IMG/VR virus record: IMGVR_UViG_3300037504_000227
Coordinates: 1 to 11,200 of that record
Reading direction: 5' to 3' (one strand)
DNA length: 11,200 nt
Source of the DNA: a virus
Taxonomy: Duplodnaviria > Heunggongvirae > Uroviricota > Caudoviricetes
A program made the translations under genes and the position numbers. Positions 5,331 through 11,200 of this stretch are shown in pieces. The first letter of the stretch is position 1. Each line of letters begins with the position of its first letter. Under the pieces are notes generated by a model that searched no databases, was not told the DNA's origin, and saw only the letters and a list, made by a program, of their open reading frames with translations.

Positions 5331-5504
5331 ATGAGAAACGAAAGCGGCCAAGGTTGCGCTGAATATGCATTGATTCTGTTCTTGGTTGTGTTGGTTGGGT
5401 TGGTTGCGGTAGCAATCGCCGGCGGTACAATCGCTAGTCTATTAGAGGAGGGATTCAATCATCTAGATGATACAATGTCAGCTATCATCATGCTGGCAGT
5501 CTAA
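5331..5504 (+). CDS. flp: Flp/Fap family type IVc (Tad) pilin-like protein, 57 aa
   Basis: MRNESG|QGCAEYALILFLVVLVGLVAVAIAGGTIASLLEEGFNHLDDTMSAIIMLAV: short leader, prepilin-peptidase Gly, Glu+5, Tyr+6 (Flp motif), then a hydrophobic helix. SD AAGGAG. Too short for the ORF track. Confidence 0.85.
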   Translation: MRNESGQGCAEYALILFLVVLVGLVAVAIAGGTIASLLEEGFNHLDDTMSAIIMLAV

Positions 5505-5505
5505 A

Positions 5506-5561
5506 GGAAAGCGAAAGCTTTCCAAACAGTCAACTAACACTGTGTTAGTTGGTTGTTTGGA
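5506..5561. repeat. GAAA-tetraloop hairpin followed by a 41-nt near-perfect palindrome (intergenic)
   Basis: GGAAAGC-GAAA-GCTTTCC 5506-23. TCCAAACAGTCAACTAACAC-T-GTGTTAGTTGGTTGTTTGGA 5521-61 has 20-nt arms whose only two mismatches are G.U wobbles. Confidence 0.8.
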
Positions 5562-5588
5562 GTGCTGACAAAAGAAAGGAAAAGAAAA

Positions 5589-5942
5589 ATGAAATTGACG
5601 ATTGAAGACGTGGTAACTGGCGAGGTAGAATATAGCTACAATATCCGTTGTCACTGTGGTAGCAAATGCATTCTACACGGTGACATGCTAACATACTGCG
5701 GGCGCTGCGAACGCGTCATTATGACAATCGGAGAAGCTTTTGACAGGGCGCGCGGGGGGATTATAGAGTATTGGAAAGACGACAGACTATACGATGTGTT
5801 CCCCATCGGGATAAACGACAGTTTAGCTGACGCATGCGCTTTTGCATATGAGCACGATTGTGATTATATTACAATCGGATCGCCCCATGTATTTGATGAT
5901 GATAGAGTAGTGTTCTGCAAAACAAGCTTTCAGGTGCAATAA
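5589..5942 (+). CDS. Hypothetical protein with Zn-ribbon-like motif (CHCG...CGRC)
   Basis: Re-started at ATG 5589 after AAAGGA; TAATG overlap with the next gene. Confidence 0.75.
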   Translation: MKLTIEDVVTGEVEYSYNIRCHCGSKCILHGDMLTYCGRCERVIMTIGEAFDRARGGIIEYWKDDRLYDVFPIGINDSLADACAFAYEHDCDYITIGSPHVFDDDRVVFCKTSFQVQ

Positions 5943-6355
5943 TGAGAAAGGCGATTCTGATTATTGCGTTGGCTTTTGTGCTGACAAGCGTGGCTTTGCC
6001 AGTTTCAGCAAACGACGGGCCGACTAATTTCGGCCTTCCGTGGTGGTGGTGGGCAATGTCGCCGGAGAAAGCGGAAGTGATAGAGTTTATCAATTATGAG
6101 GATCTGGGGCCGATTGTAGTTACCACGAACGACGGCCCGGTGGTAATCGCTCATTCTACAATGCATGACGTGCTCGATCCTAACGAAATCGCATTGTATA
6201 GGGAAGCCGGAGCGATAGCAATGGTAACATGCTATCCTGGGACACTGCGAGACGTCCCGAGCGACATTAACGTTATTGGCGACTGGAACGTATCCACAGA
6301 ATTCAATATCACGGGCTGGCCGACGAAAAGCCTGGTAGTTTACCCACAAAGTTAA
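5942..6355 (+). CDS. Putative secreted protein (Sec/SPase I signal peptide, WWWW motif)
   Basis: MRK, hydrophobic core, then VSA|N cleavage site; translationally coupled start. Confidence 0.75.
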   Translation: MRKAILIIALAFVLTSVALPVSANDGPTNFGLPWWWWAMSPEKAEVIEFINYEDLGPIVVTTNDGPVVIAHSTMHDVLDPNEIALYREAGAIAMVTCYPGTLRDVPSDINVIGDWNVSTEFNITGWPTKSLVVYPQS

Positions 6356-6360
6356 GGAAC

Positions 6361-6470
6361 AGGTTGGGCATTGTGCCCACCTTGGATACCACAAGCAAAA
6401 TTGCCGATAGTTCGGATAAAATAATAGAAATCCGGTGATAGCTGGCGACTATCTGAAGCTTGTGGTTTTC
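6361..6470 (+). terminator. Structured intergenic element / possible intrinsic terminator
   Basis: Hairpin AGG-T-TGGGCA-TTG-TGCCCA-CCT 6361-82. The 9-bp stem ACCACAAGC (6388-96)/GCTTGTGGT (6458-66) encloses nested stems and is followed by a short T run. Confidence 0.45.
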
Positions 6471-6521
6471 AATGTGCGCATAATGCGCTAAGAAAATTTC
6501 ACTTTGAAAGGAGAAGCGAAA

Positions 6522-7226
6522 ATGAACTGCCGTATTGTTGAACTGAAAGTTGAAGCGTTGCGGAGTGGGAACGTTGCGCTATACGTTCGCAATGAAGACG
6601 AGGAGCGACGGCCCGTTATGCGAGTGCTTTCGCTCGCAGAGATAGAGTTCCTGAATGTCCCAGAACGTGGGTTCACACCGTATTTCGACGACCTTACCCA
6701 CCTGCTACAGTTCCGCCATAATGCCTTGCGAGTGATTGACTTGTCTGGGAACAGACGTGAAGAACACTGGTACGAGCTGCCTTTGAAGGAATGGCTGAAT
6801 ATCCTGAATGAGGCAGCGGAGCATGCTAGCCGTGAAGAGGAGTGGGAGCGTGTATACACTCCTCAAGAATTGCTAGAACTGGCCGTCAAATATTCCCCCA
6901 GCGTCCGGTGGGAATATGCAGAGGGATTCAGCGACTATCTGGACGTCAGGGACCAGATTGCAAAAGACCTTGACGACGAGCGAAGCACCGGGCTGAAGCG
7001 TTGCCTTGACGGGCTGAAGCGGATCGGGCTGAACTATTCGCATGGTGAACCGTCAACTATCAATCTCAGTTACGATATTCTGCCGCGCGACGGCGGCCCA
7101 GCAAGTTACTACTTCAATATCGTGGATAGTGAGGGACGGTCGATCATGCGCGGCGGGATTGTCGCCCACACTCAATATGAAGACGGCGAACCGACCGAGC
7201 GATGGAAGTACTCAACCCATACTTAA
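6522..7226 (+). CDS. Hypothetical protein with DUF4120-like C-terminal domain
   Basis: Re-started at ATG 6522 after AAGGAG. The C-terminus LKRCLDGLK...INLSYD...SYYF...GGIVAH...STHT resembles the recalled DUF4120 pattern (CLERLK...LYYD..PYSF...GGLLYHG...WSIHT). Confidence 0.7.
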   Translation: MNCRIVELKVEALRSGNVALYVRNEDEERRPVMRVLSLAEIEFLNVPERGFTPYFDDLTHLLQFRHNALRVIDLSGNRREEHWYELPLKEWLNILNEAAEHASREEEWERVYTPQELLELAVKYSPSVRWEYAEGFSDYLDVRDQIAKDLDDERSTGLKRCLDGLKRIGLNYSHGEPSTINLSYDILPRDGGPASYYFNIVDSEGRSIMRGGIVAHTQYEDGEPTERWKYSTHT

Positions 7227-7256
7227 AAACAAGCTGACCTATTAAGGAGGATGAAC

Positions 7257-7523
7257 ATGCCTAAAATCAGTATCACTCAATTGCGCCGCTTTGGACATAG
7301 CGGATGGCAATGGGTAGAGAAGTACACTTACCCATATGACGACGCGCCCACGGAACGAACGTGCCGCACCAACCAAAACGGGGCCGGGCTATTTCACTAT
7401 GATCCGATCCGGAGCTACTGGCACCAACAGCAAGGGACATGCCAGTTTTGGCTGCCGAAAGGCAAGGACGCGGCCTATTCGAAAATCCGCCGGCGGATTG
7501 AAAAGGAGGAATTGACCTATTGA
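7257..7523 (+). CDS. Hypothetical phage protein (RTNxNGxGLF...GTCQF motif)
   Basis: SD AAGGAGG 6 nt before ATG 7257. Confidence 0.8.
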   Translation: MPKISITQLRRFGHSGWQWVEKYTYPYDDAPTERTCRTNQNGAGLFHYDPIRSYWHQQQGTCQFWLPKGKDAAYSKIRRRIEKEELTY

Positions 7524-7529
7524 AAAACC

Positions 7530-7573
7530 GGGCAAGTTACGCTTGCCCATAGAGGGCACAAGGAAACTTGTGC
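7530..7573 (+). other. Twin intergenic hairpins
   Basis: GGGCAAG-TTACG-CTTGCCC 7530-48 and GCACAAG-GAAA-CTTGTGC 7556-73; no U-tract. Confidence 0.6.
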
Positions 7574-7605
7574 GCTGTTCAGCAAGCGTAAGAAAGGGAA
7601 GAAAA

Positions 7606-7866
7606 ATGATCTACCTGGTTGAGCCGTATATGGATAAGAATTACTCGATCCAAGCGCATGGCGACATTGAGGCCGTGAAGGCCGCTGCAATCCTACAAGG
7701 CGGGGAAAGCAATATCACCTATTTCTTTCAGGGATATTGTGAACGCTCGCAATGGATCATGATCGAGCTATGGACCGACGATCATGACGCTATCATTGAC
7801 TTTGTAGAAGCAATGGCCGAACGTCTGGGAACCGAGTGGGATCTAGTTGGTTGGGGAGAAATTTAG
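7606..7866 (+). CDS. Hypothetical acidic protein (86 aa)
   Basis: Re-started at ATG 7606 after AAAGGGA; the 5' extension runs through the hairpins. Confidence 0.75.
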   Translation: MIYLVEPYMDKNYSIQAHGDIEAVKAAAILQGGESNITYFFQGYCERSQWIMIELWTDDHDAIIDFVEAMAERLGTEWDLVGWGEI

Positions 7867-7891
7867 CAAGCTATTTGAAAGGAGAAGGAAA

Positions 7892-8248
7892 GTGAAGAGC
7901 CTTGTAAAAGCCTTGAACGATTCTTTGGGCAGCGGGGAGGCCCTAACAAGCAATGATAGGGATGCAATCGTGACACTTTTGGGCAAAATGACAAGCCATG
8001 TCTATTGCCCATACTACACCGCCGGCAAAATGCCAGTGTATCTACTCTACTATGCCCTGAAGGATGAGCGAGAAACGTTTACCCATCTCCAGCATATTCG
8101 GGGGTTGCTTGAGTTCTTGAACCTTGTCTTGAAGGCGACCGAAAAGGTTGGGACACAAGAAAGAGACGTGGCCCGTGCGCTCAGGATGCGATGGGATGAG
8201 GTTCAGGATGCTATCATGGCCCTATACATGACAGGATACATAAAATGA
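7892..8248 (+). CDS. Hypothetical protein (118 aa)
   Basis: GTG 7892 after TTTGAAAGGAGAAG; ATGA overlap with the next gene. Confidence 0.75.
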   Translation: MKSLVKALNDSLGSGEALTSNDRDAIVTLLGKMTSHVYCPYYTAGKMPVYLLYYALKDERETFTHLQHIRGLLEFLNLVLKATEKVGTQERDVARALRMRWDEVQDAIMALYMTGYIK

Positions 8249-8595
8249 AATTCATAACCGACTATAAACACCTATGCGACACTTGCAACATGGTAATAGC
8301 TGAAGTCGCCGCTGTTATGCCAGAATTGCCGGACACTTCCGACAATGAGGCACCCCTGATGATAGCATCGGATAGGGGGATGCTTTGCGGTGGGGCCGGG
8401 TGCCGTAACGGATTCTGCCCTGGCGACAAGGCAAAGCTTGGTAGCTATACAGTTACCCTTCAAGAATTCGAGCAGCATACAGGATGCTGGCGCGTGACTG
8501 GAACGCTGCCCGGATTTACGACAGTGACCGGTGAAGAAATCCCATCGGAGACGTTTGAAGAGTGGGTAAAGTCAAACGAGCTGAAAAAGGAGTGA
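8245..8595 (+). CDS. Hypothetical Cys-containing protein (CDTC...CGGAGCRNGFC)
   Basis: ATGA-coupled start; 116 aa. Confidence 0.75.
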   Translation: MKFITDYKHLCDTCNMVIAEVAAVMPELPDTSDNEAPLMIASDRGMLCGGAGCRNGFCPGDKAKLGSYTVTLQEFEQHTGCWRVTGTLPGFTTVTGEEIPSETFEEWVKSNELKKE

Positions 8596-8600
8596 AGAAA

Positions 8601-8732
8601 ATGGATAAGGACCGTCTGAAGAAAATCGCCGAAAGAGAAGCACGCCACCGACTCAGGGAAGAACGGGCGCGCCTTCACTTGAAGGATGCCCAGCGCACGG
8701 CCCAGCAGTATGGGGCCAAAGTGAAGGGGTGA
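8601..8732 (+). CDS. Small basic helical protein (43 aa, MDKDRLKKIAEREARHRLREERARLHLKDAQRTAQQYGAKVKG)
   Basis: SD AAGGAG 8587-92; ATG 8601; TGA 8730-32. Not in the ORF track. Confidence 0.65.
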   Translation: MDKDRLKKIAEREARHRLREERARLHLKDAQRTAQQYGAKVKG

Positions 8733-8810
8733 CAATCGAGATTAACTTTAACTTTGTGGGTTGCAAGGGAAAAGATTAAGGTTTCCCAGCGACCCAAACG
8801 GGCAAAAGTG

Positions 8811-8819
8811 TGTTATAAT
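8811..8819 (+). promoter_or_regulatory. Internal extended -10 promoter (TGtTATAAT)
   Basis: Lies in a ~120-nt intergenic gap, 35 nt upstream of ATG 8855. Confidence 0.65.
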
Positions 8820-8854
8820 CTCAAGTAGGGATGATCAAGAAAAGGAGAAGAGAA

Positions 8855-9169
8855 ATGTGGTACACGATGGACATGGTTGTGAGAGAGAGCCTTAGCGCTG
8901 GGAACAAGTTCTTCACCGCCGACACCATGCGGGGCTTCAATACCAAGCTATACGAGGTGTATCAAGGATCAAAGAGCGGTCCGGTGTATTTCGTCTACTC
9001 AGATAAGGACAACGGCAAGCACCGCGTTTACAAGGTGCGCCAGTTTAACCCAGAGACGGGGCGCGTCATGGTGCCGACGCTGCACAAGGGTCATAGCCTA
9101 AATGAAGCCCGTGATAAGGCGGAGCGATTCGCAAAAGGAGAGGAAAACCATGCAGAAACTTACGGATAG
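8855..9169 (+). CDS. Hypothetical phage protein (GxxFFxxDTMRxF...YFVxS...RxYxVR family)
   Basis: SD AAGGAG before ATG 8855; motif recalled from uncharacterised phage proteins. Confidence 0.8.
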   Translation: MWYTMDMVVRESLSAGNKFFTADTMRGFNTKLYEVYQGSKSGPVYFVYSDKDNGKHRVYKVRQFNPETGRVMVPTLHKGHSLNEARDKAERFAKGEENHAETYG

Positions 9170-9434
9170 TTACGAGTTTCAGGATCGAGTTGTCAAAGCG
9201 TCATATGATGAGCTGGCAAAGGTGAAAGAGCAACACTACTTTGCTTGTTTCGTCTGGGATAATGACGACGCCGAAGCAGAACCCCTGATGATTGATGCGA
9301 CCACGGCCAACGCTATGGTTTTGGTACACGATGCGCTGAACGAGAAAAATCAGCGCAAATTCAGGGAGTGGGTTGGGAGGTCAAGGGCGCATTTCGTTAA
9401 GATGATGAATTTTTCCTGGAGCCGAATTGGATAA
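9150..9434 (+). CDS. Hypothetical protein (DxxTAxAxxxVxDALNxxNQxKF motif)
   Basis: SD AAGGAG/AGGA before ATG 9150; motif recalled from small phage/plasmid proteins. Confidence 0.8.
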   Translation: MQKLTDSYEFQDRVVKASYDELAKVKEQHYFACFVWDNDDAEAEPLMIDATTANAMVLVHDALNEKNQRKFREWVGRSRAHFVKMMNFSWSRIG

Positions 9435-9443
9435 GGAGGAGCA

Positions 9444-9920
9444 ATGAAAACACGCCACGGCGAATACACTGTATACACCAAGGGAAGATGGGGACTGGAA
9501 CAAGCCGCCGCAATCCTTGGCGGGATGATCTTCAACAATGCCGAAATGACCAAAGAGGAGCGGCGATGGGCAAGGGGGCTGCAATATCCCTTGACGCCAG
9601 AACCGCTTATGCACATGGCAGGCTGGAGCCCAGACAGATACACCCCGATGATTTGGGCCGTGAAGGATCGTGATGCCAAGGTGATGGAATTCAGTCGGGC
9701 GCAATTGCAAAGGGTAAAGTTGTCCCGTCTGCCATTCAGGGTGACAATGAAGCTGTACAATGATGAACAGATTGACCTGGTGCGGTTTTACCACACCTAC
9801 GAACAAGCATGGAAAGACGCTGAAGACTTGACGAGGCGTGACGCTGACTTTGATGAAGTTGTCAGCGTGAAATGGATTGAGCCGGAGGAATTCGAGAAGA
9901 TTAGGAGGGGAGTGCGATGA
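9444..9920 (+). CDS. Hypothetical protein (158 aa)
   Basis: SD AAGGAGGAG; ATGA overlap with the next gene. Confidence 0.8.
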   Translation: MKTRHGEYTVYTKGRWGLEQAAAILGGMIFNNAEMTKEERRWARGLQYPLTPEPLMHMAGWSPDRYTPMIWAVKDRDAKVMEFSRAQLQRVKLSRLPFRVTMKLYNDEQIDLVRFYHTYEQAWKDAEDLTRRDADFDEVVSVKWIEPEEFEKIRRGVR

Positions 9921-10300
9921 TTACCCTTGACGAGATGATGAAAGAATGCCAAGAGGTATATGAGCGTCAAGCTGAAATCCTGGGACATACGCTCACAGGA
10001 TGGCTTTACCCGCTGGGGCACAAGCGTTACGCCTTGAATATCTGCTCTACGTGCGGGACCGTGGCAATCGTGGACCTTGACGACAAAGAAAGCTTCTTTA
10101 ATCAGGGGCGCATTGATTATCAGTGTGGGACTGAGAAAGTTAAGCTTGCCGAAATCCGAAAGGGTGAAGCCTTCCGATGGGGGAATGCGCAATGGGTGAA
10201 GCGTGAGCACAAAAGACTTGCTTCATTCTGTGCTGAGTTGATGGGCGACTATCGCACGGCGTGGATCAAGAATAACTTGCTGGTTGAAAAAATCGAGTGA
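9917..10300 (+). CDS. Hypothetical protein with GH...CxxC...C putative Zn site
   Basis: SD AGGAGGGGAG; GHTL...CSTCG...YQC. Confidence 0.8.
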   Translation: MITLDEMMKECQEVYERQAEILGHTLTGWLYPLGHKRYALNICSTCGTVAIVDLDDKESFFNQGRIDYQCGTEKVKLAEIRKGEAFRWGNAQWVKREHKRLASFCAELMGDYRTAWIKNNLLVEKIE

Positions 10301-10315
10301 AAGGGAGTGAAGAAA

Positions 10316-10918
10316 ATGAAGACAGTTAGCGTTAATCTGTACACGTTTGACGAGCTGGGTGAAGACGCCCAACAAAAGGCAATCGAGGACAATCGAGAAA
10401 TCAACGTAGACTATCATGGATGGTGGGACTTTGTATATTGGCCGTGGGAAGACAAGCTTGAAGAGATGGGATTCTGCGAGCCTGAAATCCGCTTCTCTGG
10501 TTTCGGATCACAAGGTGATGGGGCAAGCTTCACTGCTGGCGTTGATATTGCCAAGTTTGCTAGGTATCACAACTACAACCGCTTCCGCTCGCTTGTGATG
10601 GTGCAGCGCAATGGATGGGACGTTGATGCCCGCATTGTCAGAGTGGGCCATTACTACGTCCACCACAATACGATTAAAGGAGTTGTCGAAGGCCATGGGA
10701 TGTATTACTCAGATGATGAGGAACGCACGGCGCGAGTGTATAGTCAAGGTGAGGAACTAGAAGGGTATATCACTGAAGTTGTGCGCCAAAAGTCAAAGTT
10801 GATTTACAACGATTTGCGAGAAGCTTACTTTGCCTTGACTAGCGATGAGGCGGTTGCTGATACACTCAGGGCGAACGATTATGAGTTCCTTGAAGACGGT
10901 TCGCGTCCAAGAATTTAG
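10316..10918 (+). CDS. Conserved phage/ICE protein with YTFDEL...FSGFxSQGDGASF motif (function unverified)
   Basis: SD GGGAG before ATG 10316. As I recall, members of this motif family are often auto-annotated 'antitoxin of toxin-antitoxin stability system' without experimental support. Confidence 0.8.
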   Translation: MKTVSVNLYTFDELGEDAQQKAIEDNREINVDYHGWWDFVYWPWEDKLEEMGFCEPEIRFSGFGSQGDGASFTAGVDIAKFARYHNYNRFRSLVMVQRNGWDVDARIVRVGHYYVHHNTIKGVVEGHGMYYSDDEERTARVYSQGEELEGYITEVVRQKSKLIYNDLREAYFALTSDEAVADTLRANDYEFLEDGSRPRI

Positions 10919-10926
10919 GAGGGAAA

Positions 10927-11200
10927 ATGAGCAGAGTGAGAATCCGCCACGTCATAGGACAATGGGCCTTCTTAGCTGATGGCCCAAAGGGAGGAACGAT
11001 AGGAGATGATGGGCTTTCATACTCTTGGGTTGTCAAGTATCAAGGCGGGGCAGTCTATGATAGCCTAGCCTTGGCTCTTGAGTGGCCGGACGACTGTGAT
11101 GAGTGGGTTGCGCCTATCCTTGAGGAGTTGCGCCCCTATCTGAAACGGGCCGGGCTTCAACGTCGGGACGTTGTGAAGACACAGTATGGGGCAATAGAGG
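10927..11200 (+). CDS. Hypothetical protein, partial (runs off right edge; MSRVRIRHVIGQWAFLADGPKGG...)
   Basis: SD AGGAGGG; ATG 10927; 91 open codons to the window end. Confidence 0.75.
   Translation, partial: MSRVRIRHVIGQWAFLADGPKGGTIGDDGLSYSWVVKYQGGAVYDSLALALEWPDDCDEWVAPILEELRPYLKRAGLQRRDVVKTQYGAIE

Larger units (their letters stand above)
1..11200. mobile_element. Bacteriophage/prophage early-accessory gene region (two divergent arms of small hypothetical genes)
   Basis: ~28 short ORFs (43-235 aa), many coupled by ATGA/TAATG overlaps, with strong SD sites. Several motifs are typical of uncharacterised phage families (HTPGxW...ANAxLIAxAPDLL, YdaE-like, FSGFxSQGDGASF). No housekeeping genes. 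The phage call is an inference because no capsid, terminase or integrase gene is in the window. Confidence 0.85.

Noticed and set aside
1-11200. CRISPR array, att site, IS element, alternative genetic code
   Set aside because: No regularly spaced repeats, terminal inverted repeats or transposase. TAA, TAG and TGA all end well-packed genes, consistent with code 11.

Overview
Bacteriophage (or prophage) early/accessory region with no hallmark structural, replication or integrase gene. About 28 small, tightly packed, mostly hypothetical CDSs with strong Shine-Dalgarno sites form two divergent arms: leftward on the - strand (1-3691) and rightward on the + strand (~5016-11200). They flank a ~1.3 kb gene-free centre carrying sigma70/sigmaA-type promoters. 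Main observations: (1) a ~620 nt hairpin-dense, GNRA-tetraloop-rich segment (4433-5055) starts right after a near-consensus promoter, and its 5' end has a perfect 10-bp complement ~470 nt downstream. It looks like a large ornate non-coding RNA that I cannot assign to a known family. (2) Just downstream lies a 57-aa Flp/Tad type IVc pilin gene (5331-5504) missed by the ORF track. Also seen: a tandemly duplicated Cys/His domain, a YdaE-like Zn finger, a DUF4120-like protein, several long intergenic hairpins, and duplicated translation-initiation boxes bracketing genes. All family assignments come from motif recall and all RNA pairings were read by eye; no searches or folding programs were run.
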